A stretch of 64,000 nucleotides of DNA, taken from contig NC_043009.1 of assembly GCF_006345805.1 (NCBI RefSeq), positions 8,308,001 through 8,372,000 on the forward strand. The letters are read 5' to 3'. Under the pieces are notes generated by a model. That model had not been told where the DNA came from and did no database searches. It was given only the letters and a program-made list of their open reading frames with translations. The DNA is from Octopus sinensis. Taxonomy: Eukaryota. This document shows, one piece after another, positions 11,804 through 24,553 of the stretch (the first letter of the stretch is position 1; each line of letters opens with the position of its first letter). The position numbers and the translations under genes were made by a program.

Positions 11804-12144
11804 TATATATCTTTGTTGTTGTTGTTATTTTTACGAGGTAGAAAACCAAATAATTGTCTTTTCTTTCTTTAGGAATGAATCATCATCCATGTTTTGATAT
11901 AATTTTTTTCATTCTAGTATGATCTACATGAGATTTGCAAACAGCATATTTCTAAATGTCTCAATCTTAAGAGAAGCCTTCTATGACAAAGATTCAATGT
12001 TCTATGATCTGTCCCCACTGGTTCTTTCCTGATTTGCTGTTTTGTCTTTTAGTCTTCACTGAAAAGTTACTTTTTACCACCCAGTACAAACCATTGACTT
12101 TCACTACATTTTTATATACTGAACAAATCACAACTTGAACTTCT

Positions 12145-12337
12145 TCAGACCACAGATGGCAAGCTTTTCAATGCAGTGGTCAAGGTGTCATGTGTGTCCA
12201 TAACAAAACATACCACTCCTTCCACAGTTTCTTTACATTGAAGGTATGGAGGAGCATTCAAGAATCTTCGGCCTCTGTGCAACTGCATCCTCCATTGTTG
12301 TAGTGCACAAGAGATAATATCTTGGTTGTCTTCAAAA
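12145..12337 (-). CDS. Candidate terminal coding exon of an unidentified gene
   Basis: Acceptor ttgtttgtccttcag, then 63 sense codons FEDNQDIISCALQQWRMQLHRGRRFLNAPPYLQCKETVEGVVCFVMDTHDTLTTALKSLPSVV and a stop, in non-repetitive sequence. An alternative plus-strand exon at 12149-12243 is also open. Confidence 0.35.
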
Positions 12338-15300
12338 CTGAAGGACAAACAATTTGTTTTGAATAATACAAGGAAATAGATTTACAATCAGGTGACTGAA
12401 ATGGTTGACATCTCAAACTCACAATGTCTCTGATATTTCAGTATATAAGCGCTTTTAGATGTAACTTTGTCTCTTCCTTCCAACTGTCTTGAAGGACCCG
12501 AAAAAAGTTGAAGAACACTGCCCTGTCTTATTGCCATGTTTAATATAAATTACACAAAATTTTTAATTATTAATTTATAAAAGTAAATGTTTGCTGTCAT
12601 TTATTGTATTCTTTTTACAAGGAATCAATGTCTTGAAAAGACAAACCTCCAGAAAATTCTACTGTCTTTCAGTAACAACAAGAATTTTAAAAAATACTTT
12701 TACATCTGTATATTTTTTTTAATGGTAGCATTGGTCGGATATTTTGTTGTGCGTTGGATCAAGTGTTTGTACAGTTGGATGCTTTCCCTACTGCTAAACT
12801 ATTCAATCAGGAAGTAGGAGTGGAACATATTTGGTTAATCAAGTAAACTAGAACAGTTTTGTGCTTGCCCAGGGACACATCAAAATTGATGTAACAAGAA
12901 AGGAAAAATTGTTGAAATTAACATGCACACCACCACCACCACCACCATTATCATCATCATGGGTTTATTTCCAAAGGAATTATCTTAAAACAAAACTCCA
13001 TCATCCTCAATACCTCACCCTTCCTGCTCATTAATGAATTCTGCTTCCTTCCCTACATTATTGTCTAGACAGTTACCCCTCTTACTATAGCTGAATGTTG
13101 TTGCATCATTTGGAAATATTTGTATCACACAAGAAACGTGTGTGAGTGTGTGTAGGATTAAGATTCTTCTTAACTATCTCCTGTTCTTGTAAGCTAGCAC
13201 CTCACTTGGCAGGCTTTGTTTGCAAAGACGAAATTAAGAGCACTTCTCAAATTGGGAAAAGTTACTGCTAACCAGCACTAGGTGATAGTTAAGGTAGACG
13301 GCTGGAAACTCTTGGCATTCAGGCCCCATCGTCACCACCAAAATCACCATCATCATTATTATTGTCATCAATGCCACCACCACCACCACTACTCTGTATT
13401 CTTTTCTTTATTGCTGATGATGTTTTAAATTGGTCAGTCAAAGAGGTGTTTAAATGTGGACAATGCTGAAGTATTTAAGAGACATTAATGGCACTGAGCA
13501 TCTAAATAGGAATGGCGCCAAAATGTTTTAGATATAGAATGTGAGGACATGTTTAGAGATATTATTATTACTGAAGAGATTAGATATAGTGATGTTGTGT
13601 TTAAATGTGGGAATTATTGTGGCTGATCCCACTGTAATTAAGTATGGATTGTAACAAATTGTTTAGATATGGATGGTTCCTAAGTGATTAAAAATGGATT
13701 TGTGATAAATTGTTCAGAGCTGGATGATGTTAGTTAAGATGTTTATATTGCAGCACCAATGGAAATGTCTTAAAGCAACAGAACAAATAACACATAAAAA
13801 AAAAGAAGAAGAATTAACAGATTAAACTTCGTTGTTTTGTAATGAAAATCGAATCAATAAAATGGTTCAATTATGAAGTAAAGTAGATATTGAATGACTT
13901 TCAAAATACTCGAAATAGCTTAAGCTCTTTTGCTCTCCGGAATATTCCCGGCTCCATTATGATTGTTGAACCCTACTTCTGAACTTTCCTACACTGGAAG
14001 CTGCTCTTCTGGAACACAATTTAATCAATAGGGAATTCTATCTATTTAGTTAGTGGATGATCATCTCTGTATATGTGTACCTCTCTTTTCCCCTTTATAT
14101 CCATATCTGTATATCTTGTGTCTTTCTCTCTTTCTTATGTGTATCTCTCTGTCTTTCATTCTCCATACACACACACACACATACACACACACATACACAC
14201 ATATGTATATATATATCTTGTTTTCTTCTCAAATATATCTTTATATTCCTTTACTCTTTCTTCATCTTCCTTCTTCATCCTCTCAGTCCATCTTTTTGCA
14301 TTTTTTCCTCTGCCCTTCCCTAGCGTCCCACCTTTCTAATGTGTTTCTTCAATTAAACTACCTTGTTATTTATCAATATATCTATCTTGCCTGCCTCCCT
14401 CCCTTCACACACACACACACACATTCACAGATACATAATATACTCTTATCTTACCATTCTACCTGCTTCATCCTTTCTTTTAAGAATCTTAAAAACTCAT
14501 CTGTTTGTTTACTTGTTTGTTTAATTCGTTTTGTAAGTATCTCTAAAGTGTGTGTGAGTGTGTGTGTGCAGAGGTGATTAGCATTTGGTTCCAAGTCAAA
14601 TTAACTTCCAGTATCTCTGGATACCATTTACACAGCTGTAAACTTAAAAATAACAACTGATGAAAACATTCTTTAATTCATGCTAATAATACTTACTGAA
14701 ATCAGTCGACAGCCGTGTGATATCAAAAGTCTCTTTGTATTTCAGTCTGTTTAGGGTGATATAAATGATATATTCATTACTTTACTCCTACACACAGACT
14801 GTTTATATCCTATGCTTATCCTATTTACGGATAAGGAGTTAATCAGCTGTATATTGAAAGTTGTAACAAAACTATTCTACACTTACTTTCGTATTGGTGG
14901 CTATAGATAAAATGTTGAAGGTGGTGGAGATAGTAGTAGTGGTGGTGATGGTGGTGGGGGTACTTGTTTTTTGTTGTAGTTGTTGCTTAATTCCTGTGGT
15001 AAGTCTTGACTTAACAGAACTGTGGTATAGCTGTTTCATTTAGTGGCAACCAGTTGGACCTGGGTTCAATCCACTGCCAGTACCTTGGACAAACGTGTTC
15101 TACTATAGCCTCAGGTTGACCAATATCTTGTGAGTAGAATTTGTTGACAGAAACTGTGCAGAAGCCTGTTGTATTCTGTGTTTGTTTTGTAGCTGAGTAG
15201 AATCATTTCAAACGCAAATCAACTACTATATTTGATTTATGTCATACATCTATGGCCAGTTCATTGCATGTAAGGTGCTGTGGAACATAGCGACTAAATT

Positions 15301-16164
15301 ATAGATGAAAAACAAAAGGATTTCAAACTGAATAATGTATGATAGTATTTACAAATTAAAACAAAAATGAATATAATGTCATACAGTGTTTTAAATGGAT
15401 ATCATGGTGCAGTTAGTTCTACTTCAAACGCTTGTTCTCACATCAAATTCCTTGCCAAACAAGTAACTGTGCGCTTGTAATATGGGGTTGTGGTGGATTT
15501 GATGTTTACTATTCCCACCACTCATTATTCATCTTGCTCTCAACAACAAAGACTTTCTGATATTATGGCCCAAAGTGTTTCTCTTCTTCCCTCTTCTGAG
15601 TTTATCTGTCACATCAATATTTTCCCTCACTCCCATACGCCACTAATCTACCACACAAAATATATTCTGCCATTCAAACGCCCTTGATATTTTAAGAAGA
15701 ACCTTTAATTAGTTGCGATTCCACCTGTTCTGTGATGATTACTTTTAACCCATCCTTGAGCGCTAACAAGTGACTGAAACCATTCTTCGTCGGTGCTTGT
15801 ACCTCCATGCCTCACAGATATCTAATGACCTTGAGCATCAGAAGGCAAAACCATTGTCTTTTATAGTTGTGGTTGTTACATTACGATGTGCTAAATCTCT
15901 AAAGACTAATATTGTAAACCAGTTTTGATTCTCAGTTTAGGAACACTCTATGTCAATAATGTTATTTGGAAAAGCTTTTCATTTCTTATCTCCTACAAAT
16001 TTGAAGCTTCAAGTCTGTTAAAAAGGAATTATTTATTGCTTTAGAAAAAAGAAATGTTACTGTGTTGTTGCTTTGCAGTGGAAACTTATTGGGTTTTGTA
16101 TAAAGACAGCTCTTCTTCCCATGAGATAATGTCATTATTGCCAATTCTAAGGAATCCACTACAT

Positions 16165-16350
16165 AGTCACTCTATCTACTAGAGGTAGCAGTTAGATTTC
16201 CTTCAAATCATAATCTGCTGTCTTAAGAAATGACAGACACATTCATTAACCTTGTCTGAATAAAAAGACAATTTGATCATGCTTGGAATGTCTCTGATCA
16301 TAGGCCTGCTTGATAAGGATTGACCTGGGGCTAAACAACAACAGCAACTA
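16165..16350 (+). mobile_element. Unclassified ~200-bp interspersed repeat (family E), representative copy
   Basis: Shared motifs ctagaaatagcagccaaat...gatcataggtctgct...gctgacctggggctaaacaacaac. Other copies or fragments at ~165-230, 19375-19565, 27700-27870, 42365-42550, 49000-49150(-), 56420-56860, 56880-57070(-), 58250-58490 and 62985-63615. Confidence 0.7.
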
Positions 16351-16555
16351 AAGCAAGAAAATTGTGTAACACCATAAAGTATATTAATTTGATTCTATAT
16401 AAAAGTAGGTGTTTAGTCTTTCCTTAAATTAATTTTGGTGGTTTGTCAACCAAAAGACCATGATTGTTTTATCTATTGGGATCACTGACCCAGCATAGCT
16501 GCATTCAGCCTTAACTATGCGTGCTCCCTCAGTTATATTGCTTTTGTATCATTAG

Positions 16556-16583
16556 ATACCTGAAGTGGATCATCGTCAGTAAG
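16556..16583 (+). CDS. Candidate 28-nt micro-exon
   Basis: Acceptor ttgcttttgtatcattag and donor aag|gtaaac. One open frame, YLKWIIVSK. Confidence 0.2.
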
Positions 16584-16770
16584 GTAAACATGATAATCAA
16601 TATTCCCAAATAATTTAGACTAAGAAAGCAGGTATGGTTCTAACTGGATCAAGATATTGTACGTCGCCCAGTTCGATTGAGTCACTGTCATTTATTCATC
16701 AGATTTGGCTTTAACTTATAAACCCCACTTTGTTTGACAACTGTATTTTACACATAGCTTATTAATGCAT

Positions 16771-16805
<35 letters not shown>

Positions 16806-17167
16806 TGTGCCTTTTACTGCCCTTTCTCTTCACTCTTCTATCTGAAGAGAGATTTTTTTCCCCAAGATTTTTCTCTACCATAGGATTCTACCATACTTCT
16901 CCATACCATGCATTTTGAGTCAACTCTCTTCAGCTTTTTTTTTTTCCCTCCCTGTAGAATTTACCATGTCTTCCAAGACTTATTTCCAGATGTGTAACTT
17001 TTGATAGAACTTGCTTCTCTATTTTCCTGTCTCTTCCATCACTAGCCCTTACAAATACTCACACATCTGAATCTAGCATTTCCTCACCATATTATGGACA
17101 TTCCTACATCCTGAACTTTGCACCAGTTGTACAACCTCTCCAGACTTTTCATCAGTGTTGTATTACT

Positions 17168-17578
17168 CTCTTTTATTCTTTTACTTGTTTCAGTCATTTG
17201 ACTGCGGCCATGCTGGAGCACCGCCTTTAGTCGAGCAAATCGACCCCGGGACTTATTCATTGTAAGCCCAGTACTTATTCTATCGGTCTCTTTTTTGCTG
17301 AACCGCTAAGTGACGGGGATGTAAACACACCAGCATCGGTTGTCAAGCGATGTTGGGGGGGACAAACACAGACACACAAAGATATACACACACATACATA
17401 TATATACATATATACGACGGGCTTCTTTCATTTTCCGTCTACCAAATCCACTCACAAGGCATTGGTCGGCCCGGGGCTATAGCAGAAGACACTTGCCTAA
17501 GATGCCACGCAGTGGGACTGAACCTGGAACCATGTGGTTGGTTAGCAAGCTACTTACCACACAGCCACTCCTGCGCCT
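17168..17578 (-). mobile_element. Full-length SINE family A (young, CpG-rich)
   Basis: Reverse-complement match to 6254-6698 across head, microsatellite and tail. Confidence 0.9.
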
Positions 17579-18427
17579 ATTGTGTTGTTTTTAAATTTCT
17601 TTTCTCATAGAACTGGGTTTTTTTTTTTTTGTATATATCAATATTCTGTGATTTATTTTCTCAAATTTTCCTATTGTTTTGCTCTTACTTCTCTCCTCAA
17701 AATTGCACCTTTCTCTTCTTTTTTTTCCTTTCAGTTTATACACTTCATATTCTGACATGTGGGCCCACACTTATGACACTCCTCTCATGTCTCCATGTGC
17801 CTCATTAATTTTCTTCTTTCACATAACAAAGTAACTGTTTTTTTTTTGTACCAGTGTTGTAATTATTCTTTCCCCAATCTTTCTCTTATTCTTCTCTCCC
17901 TGGACTCCGGACTTTTCTCTCTCTCTCTCTCCCTGGACTCCGGACTTTTCTCTCTCTCTCTCACTTTCATTTCTTTGCACTTACCTTCCTTCCATGCAGC
18001 AAGCATCTCATGCCAATACTTTTGCATGCACTTCTACCAGACCCTCTGCATTCCCTTGTACTTCACACTTGTTCCCACTCCCTCTTTCTCACTGTCATAC
18101 TTTCCTTCCCCCGCTCTCGACCTCTCACATACACACACAATACAATTGCATACACACACAGTCATCACTATTTCCATGCTCAAACACTTCTACATGTATA
18201 CATACACTCCCCCACCAAAATAATACACACACACATGCACCATTGACCCCTTGTTCCCATCTTTAAACAGATACATTCCTATATATGTACACACCCACCT
18301 TTTTTCTATTCTTAACTTCCACATAGAACTATATGCCCACCTGGCCCCTAACCCCTCACCTGTTTTTTGCTTCTTTCTTTCCCTTATTCTCAACTACTTT
18401 CCCCCTTTCTCACTCTTCCTATGCTTT

Positions 18428-18463
18428 TCTTCTGATGAAGGACTATTATCCAAAACATTAAGA
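18428..18463 (+). ncRNA. Decayed minimal type I hammerhead ribozyme motif (Penelope-associated type)
   Basis: TCTT-CTGATGA-A-GGA ctatta TCC-[A]AAAC-[A]TT-AAGA. Stem I (TCTT/AAGA) and stem II (GGA/TCC) pair. The two bracketed deviations from GAAAC-GTT are both CpG>CpA changes. Confidence 0.5.
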
Positions 18464-18519
18464 CTCTGATTCTTTCCCCTCTTTTAAACATCCACCTCAT
18501 TACATTTACAAAATACATT

Positions 18520-18570
<51 letters not shown>

Positions 18571-20578
18571 TCATCTAGTTTCAGCTCACAAGCTGTGGCC
18601 AGCCATGCTGGGGCACCACCATATATATACATATATATATATATATGTGTGTGTGTGTGTATAGTATACTCATGTGTATGTGTGTAAGTATATGTAAGAA
18701 AATATATATCTGTCAGTGTCCTCTCACTTTATTCCCCTTCTCTCACTATACACACAAATACACACGTAATTTCAATCAGCCGAAATTGCGAGGATGATCC
18801 GGTTCTTGACTGAAGATTAGAGGCTTCGAATGACCCGTCCGTTTTTTGTATCATCTATTTGAATGTTTTGTGTTCTTGTCCCATTTTGTATTTTTATATA
18901 TATATATATTTACTTAAAATGGGATTAACATAAGGACCCATGTGTTGTGTTCTTAGATCCTTCCTTTCTCTATTCCCTTTACTTTGTAAAGTAAGCAGTC
19001 AGTCAATGTCAGCATGACCACTCTTTCAGACGGGCTGTTGTTGAGATATCCAAGATGGTTTTGCATCAAGAAGCGTTATGTCATGTAGTTAGTCAGATCA
19101 AACACTTTGAGAAGAACTAACAGGAATACGAAGACGATATAACATTATCACTCATACTCTGCATAGAGTCGCAGTGTTTAATCATTCCTCGCTAACTTCA
19201 ACGATTTAGTTGTGGATATTATTGTCTTGACACTTTAATTTTAAGACAGATAAATGATCTTGCATTATAAAGTAAATAGGAAGTTTTCTCTCTCTATTTG
19301 TTTAGCTACTTTATTGAATAGGTTGAGCAACTATATTGATATAGAACAGGCCAAAGTGAGAGGGCTTCTTCTATGTGGTCACAATTGCTAGAAACTGAAG
19401 CCAAATCTCTCTGGTGCTACATCCTACTCTCTTACAGAAAAAACTCTTTGGATGATTAATCCAGAGTACACAAGTGTTAGTAAAGAGTGGAATAATCATG
19501 ATCTAAATATCTTTGATCATTGGTGTGCTTGATCAGTGCCAACCTGGGGTTAAATGACAAAAAGCAACATAGATATAGCAGTTTCCTCACACCTTTTAGT
19601 TGTTAGGGGTATATGCACACACACACACACGCACACACACACACACACATGCATGCACACACAAATAAACATAGGGAGATATTACTCAAGCACTTCAGTA
19701 ATTATTTCTGTTTACTAAACAGATGGAGGTAATTTAAGCCATCAATATAATTAATCTAGAGTGACACAAATGAAGGGAAATAAATTTTAATTGCCAAGAA
19801 TTAAGACACTCAAGATTTTTGCGGAAAAATGGACTGGAAGTTGTGATGTGTTTACTTTCCCCTAAGGCATTAGTCTTGTAAATAAATCAATACAACCACA
19901 ACAAAAAAGTGTGAGCTGGCATACTTGATATAATAAACCGAAGAATTTTAATTAATTAAAATTTCACCCTTCGCATGGAGATTAATCATTATCTAAATGT
20001 GTAACTCTGGACCAAAAATGGCAGAGGAGATAACCCTGAAATTTTAATTAAATATGGAACGCAGTAGAGATCTTTAGTAATACAGCAACAACTTTGGACA
20101 TGTTTCAATGTAAGTAGACTTCATCAGTAAAACAATGTCTAGCCATGACCTTGAAATCTTAAAATGACCAGAGAGATCTTTTGTCTTTTATTGTTATTTT
20201 TTATATGTTTAACTCATTGGACTGTGACCATGCTGGGGCATCACTTTGAAGGGTTTAGTTGAAAAAAATTAACCTCAGTACTTATTTTTCTGTTGGATTC
20301 TTTTACTATTTAAGAGTAAATAGCAAAATGCCTATATATAACACACACAAATACATACATATGTATATATATATATGTGTATGTGTGTGTGTGTGTGTGT
20401 GTGTGTATAAGGGGTGAAAATTTGTATTATTTTTTAATCTTTGTCTCAAGAATTAGTGATAGGAGATTCCATACAAGCATTTTTCTTACATGTATACTTT
20501 TGTAACCCCTATGTTGTAATGAAACGTATAACATGGAATGGGATTAAAAATATACTTAATTTTTCAAGTCTTTAGTTT

Positions 20579-20653
<75 letters not shown>

Positions 20654-20655
<2 letters not shown>

Positions 20656-20958
20656 TGATGGTGACCCCCTTCGGTCAGACACTGACCATGGGTTTGCACC
20701 TAGAGAGTTACCCTCTGAGGCACAAGTCTGGACAAAGTTGTTTTTTTTTTTTGTTTTTTTTTAATGGAAGACCAGCAGTCACCCATGCATACCGGCCTCC
20801 CCTCTCCACGCCACCAATGTTATCCAAGGGAAAGGCAAAGGCCAATACAGTTTGGCACCTGTGGCGTCGCAACTCGTTTCTACAGCTGAGTGAACTGGAG
20901 CAACGTGAAATAAAGTGTCTTGCTCAAGAACAAAACACGCAGCCCGGTCTGGGATTCG
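20654..20958 (-). mobile_element. SINE family D, head truncated next to the mariner insertion
   Basis: Reverse complement of 52276-52612 (cttgagcaagacactttatttcacgttgctccag...). Confidence 0.85.
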
Positions 20959-20967
20959 ATATATATA

Positions 20968-21888
20968 TTGGGTCATCCCATAAATAATGCAGTTTTTAAT
21001 ACTTCTTTTATTTTTCAAAATTAAGATAAACAAAGTTTATTTTTTTAATCTAAGATATGCTCTCCTTCATTTTCTACAATGCTCTTCCATCTATCTGGTA
21101 AACTTGCAAAGCCCCTCTTCCAAAATTCATTTGTCCGTGACAAAAATACTTCTCCAGTACTTTTCTGACCTCATCTACAGAATTCATATTTTTCCCATCC
21201 AAATGATTTTGAAGATTGTGAAATAAATGATAATCAGATGGGGCAATATCCAGTGAATATGGTGGGTGGGACAACGTTTCCCATTCAAACTGCTCCAGCC
21301 TCTGGAATGTCATCCTCGCTGTATCTGGCTGAACATTAGACCTGGAAAGTTTGTGAGGACCCCATTGACCCAATTTGCTGACTTTTATGATGGCACGCAG
21401 GTTTTGATGAATGGCTGAATGACCAAATCCAAGCTTCTCTGCTAGTTCCTCAACAGTTACAATGAAATTTTATTCCACCAGGGTTTGCAGGACATCCTTG
21501 TCAAGCTCTACAGATCTTCCAGGACAAGGCTCATCTTCTAGGCTGCAGTTTCTGGCTCAGAATTTCTGAACCACCATTGACACTGGCTTACACTTATTGT
21601 TCGATCCCCAAATACTGCATTAATATTCCTCACACTTTCCGTTGCGTTGTTACCTTTATTGAACTCATAAAGCAAAATATACTGAATATGCTCTTTTGTC
21701 ACTTCCATTATATCTTTGAAAAAATAACTGTTTAAATCGAACTGCACTCTTCAAAACTTGCACTAAGAATAAGTACAAAGTAAAATTTCTACCTGCTTTT
21801 ATAGCAAGTTGATGCAGATAGTTTATCCCATCTCCCTCTGACTTTTAGTTTGTGCAACTTATAAAACCACATTATTTATGGAATGACT

Positions 21889-21891
<3 letters not shown>
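20968..21891 (-). mobile_element. Mariner element with an internal deletion (924 bp)
   Basis: TIRs ttgggtcatcccataaataatg and cattatttatggaatgactcaa, flanked by TA. N-terminus MEVTKEHIQYILLYEFNKGNNATES. WGPHKL is joined directly to the segment before HPPYSLDIAPSDYHLF, so the first catalytic segments are deleted. Confidence 0.93.
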
Positions 21892-21939
<48 letters not shown>

Positions 21940-22263
21940 TATATACACATATATATTTATGTAGTCAACTACATAAAATTTTACTGCTCAAAGGAATTTT
22001 TTAAAGAGTGAGCTTGACTTTTTCTGACTTATGAACAACTATATATGCATGAGCACACACACACACTTGTATATAAAACATAAGCACATATCACATGGGG
22101 AAGAAAAGCAAGAACAGTAATTTCAATCAGTCATGATGAAACTGGTGTCAAAGTCGGGTTAACATTAAACAGTTAAACAAACACAATGGCAACAATCCAA
22201 AATTTAAAAAATAAACTCTTTTAAAATTATTATTAATATATATTTTTTAATGGGTTGACACAG

Positions 22264-22328
22264 TGAGGTCCCAGCTGGACACAGGCGATGCACTGGAGGT
22301 CATATCAATCTGACCTTTGACAGACATG
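22264..22328 (+). CDS. Candidate 65-nt exon
   Basis: Acceptor ttttttaatgggttgacacag and strong donor catg|gtaagt. One open frame, EVPAGHRRCTGGHINLTFDRH. Confidence 0.25.
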
Positions 22329-23519
22329 GTAAGTGACAACTCCTGTCATGTCTCAGTGTTATTAGACCTCAATAAAGCATTGTCATTTCATGTGCCTGCC
22401 ATACTGCAAATGAGAGAAATAATATATGTATATTGAAAGTATTTACATCTACTGGAGTAAAAACACAACAGACAACCTGAGGGAAAAAACCCAGGGATGT
22501 CATCAATGTAGAAAATAAATAGTGTTTAGTAAGTAAACTAATTTATATATTTAGAAGCCTGAATAATATGTAAAGCCTTGAGATAGTCACCAGAATTGGA
22601 AGAAAAGTGGTGGTTTTTGCCATTATAAACCAGTTGGGAAACAAAGAACAGGGTTTTATATTGGAGTGCAACGAGAAGTAGAAGAGAGAATAACATTTCT
22701 CCTCCTCAACTCAGAAGCCTTACCTGAAACTTTATCTTGTATTTCCTCTCATGGTACATCAATATACACATGTTGTTTATATTGTCTGACACAGGATGAT
22801 GATATAGGACCACACTGTATATTATTGTACAGGGGTTGAGTGTATCGAGTACATTTTGACAATCAGAACATGTTGATTCTGCTTTGCTTGTTGATCTCTT
22901 CATATATTGTGGTCTCAAAGCTTAAATATCTGAAATGAGTTGTTAATAAGAACTTTTTTCTTTAGCTTTTTGTGAGGTATTGGCATAGCTCTGTGGTTAA
23001 GATGTTTACCCTACTACCACATAGTTTTGGGTTCTCACTGTGTGGTAACTTGGACCAACTAATGCTTTCTGAGTGAAATTTGGAGATGGAAACAGAAAGG
23101 AAGCATGTTACATCTGTGCTGTGAGCTTCCTCATGTGTATGTATGTTTTCTGTATATCTTCACATTGTTACTGTATGGGCGAAAACAATCTCTTATAAAC
23201 AACATCTTGTAGCTTAGTAGTTTTGTCATGCATAAAGACAAATGGAATAAAAACTCCTTACCTAGAAAATCACAGTAACAAGGAGGACATCTGGCCATAG
23301 AAAACTGCTTCACTAACTCAACATCCAATCGATGCCAGCATGGGAAGTGTAGATATTAAGTCAGGAGTGGCTGTTGTTGTTGTTATTGCTCTTGTAATTT
23401 AGAAACGAATGCACCACTCTAACATATCATATTTATCACTGCACCACATCTTGATCAGTTTAATTTCTGGTTATTATCAGGTGCAGTTTTTATGGGTGTG
23501 TGCATATTAGATGGTGGTA

Positions 23520-23990
23520 CTTTAGCACGCCGGGCGAAACGCTTTGCGGTATTTCGTCCGCCGCTTCGTTCTGAGTTCAAATTCCGCCGAGGTTGACTTT
23601 ACCTTTCATCCTTTCGGGGTCGATAAATTAAGTACCAGTTACGCACTGGGGTCGATAAATTGACTTAATCCGTTTGTCTGTCATTGTTTGTCCTCCCTGT
23701 GTTTAGCCCCTTGTGGGTAATAAAGAAATAGGTACTTTCCATAGGTACTGATGATAGTTGGAAATCAAATATTCCTTTCTACTAAAAGCACAAGGCCTGA
23801 AATGTGGGGTGGAAGGGGCCAGCCGATTACATTGACCCCAGTGTTTCAGGGTTCTTAATTTATCGAATCTGAAAGGATGAAAGGCAAAGTCGACCTCAGT
23901 AGATTTTGAACCCAGAACATGAAAACGGATGAAATACTGCTAGGCATTTCACCTGGTGTGCTAATGATTCTGCCTGTTTGCTGCTCTTTC
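23520..23990. mobile_element. Two SINE family C copies, tail-to-tail
   Basis: A (+) copy at 23520-23735 near-identical to 44645-44875, and a (-) copy at ~23762-23990. Confidence 0.85.
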
Positions 23991-24204
23991 AAAGCAAAGC
24001 TGACCTCAGGTGGATTTGAAATCTGAAGGTAAAGGGCCGGAAGGGCCGTCACTATGCACTTTGTCTGATGTTGTCAGGGTAGTAAAATCGGTGTTCTTGG
24101 ACAGCTATTATATCAGTGCCATGTGATTCTGCATTTGCACCAAGTTCTTCTAGACGGCCGAGAGAACCGAGGGTGCAGGCATTGAAGGTGCTGAGTATCG
24201 TATG

Positions 24205-24350
24205 ATACTCCTACCCTGATGTAATCTCCAGGGATACAGGCATCCAGCAACAGGACCTCCGTAATGCCATGATGGACCGTGAAGTCTGGCGTAGCATGGT
24301 AAATTCCATTGTCTCGACCACGGTCGAACAATGATGATGATGATGATGAT
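24205..24350 (+). mobile_element. RTE-like LINE 3' end (second family) with a (GAT)n tail
   Basis: Reads SYPDVISRDTGIQQQDLRNAMMDREVWRSMVNSIVSTTVEQ-stop, then (gat)n. Confidence 0.7.
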
Positions 24351-24553
24351 GTCTGATGTGCTAACAATTCTGTCAGCTCACCTAACTGTGTTGATGTAAA
24401 TATTAAAAAGCAAAAAGTGTTTTGTATAATATAATAGTCACTAAAATTTGTAATTGAATGAGTGATGCTGGTTTCCAAAGATGGACAGAACAGAAGTCGG
24501 TCATCGGCATGCTTTGTGGATGCTCAGTAGTGTTGAATGTTGTGGATTTACTG

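Noticed and set aside
18800-18840. Second hammerhead candidate ctgaagattagaggcttcgaat
   Set aside because: There is no convincing stem II, the GAAA is absent, and stems I and III cannot be drawn.
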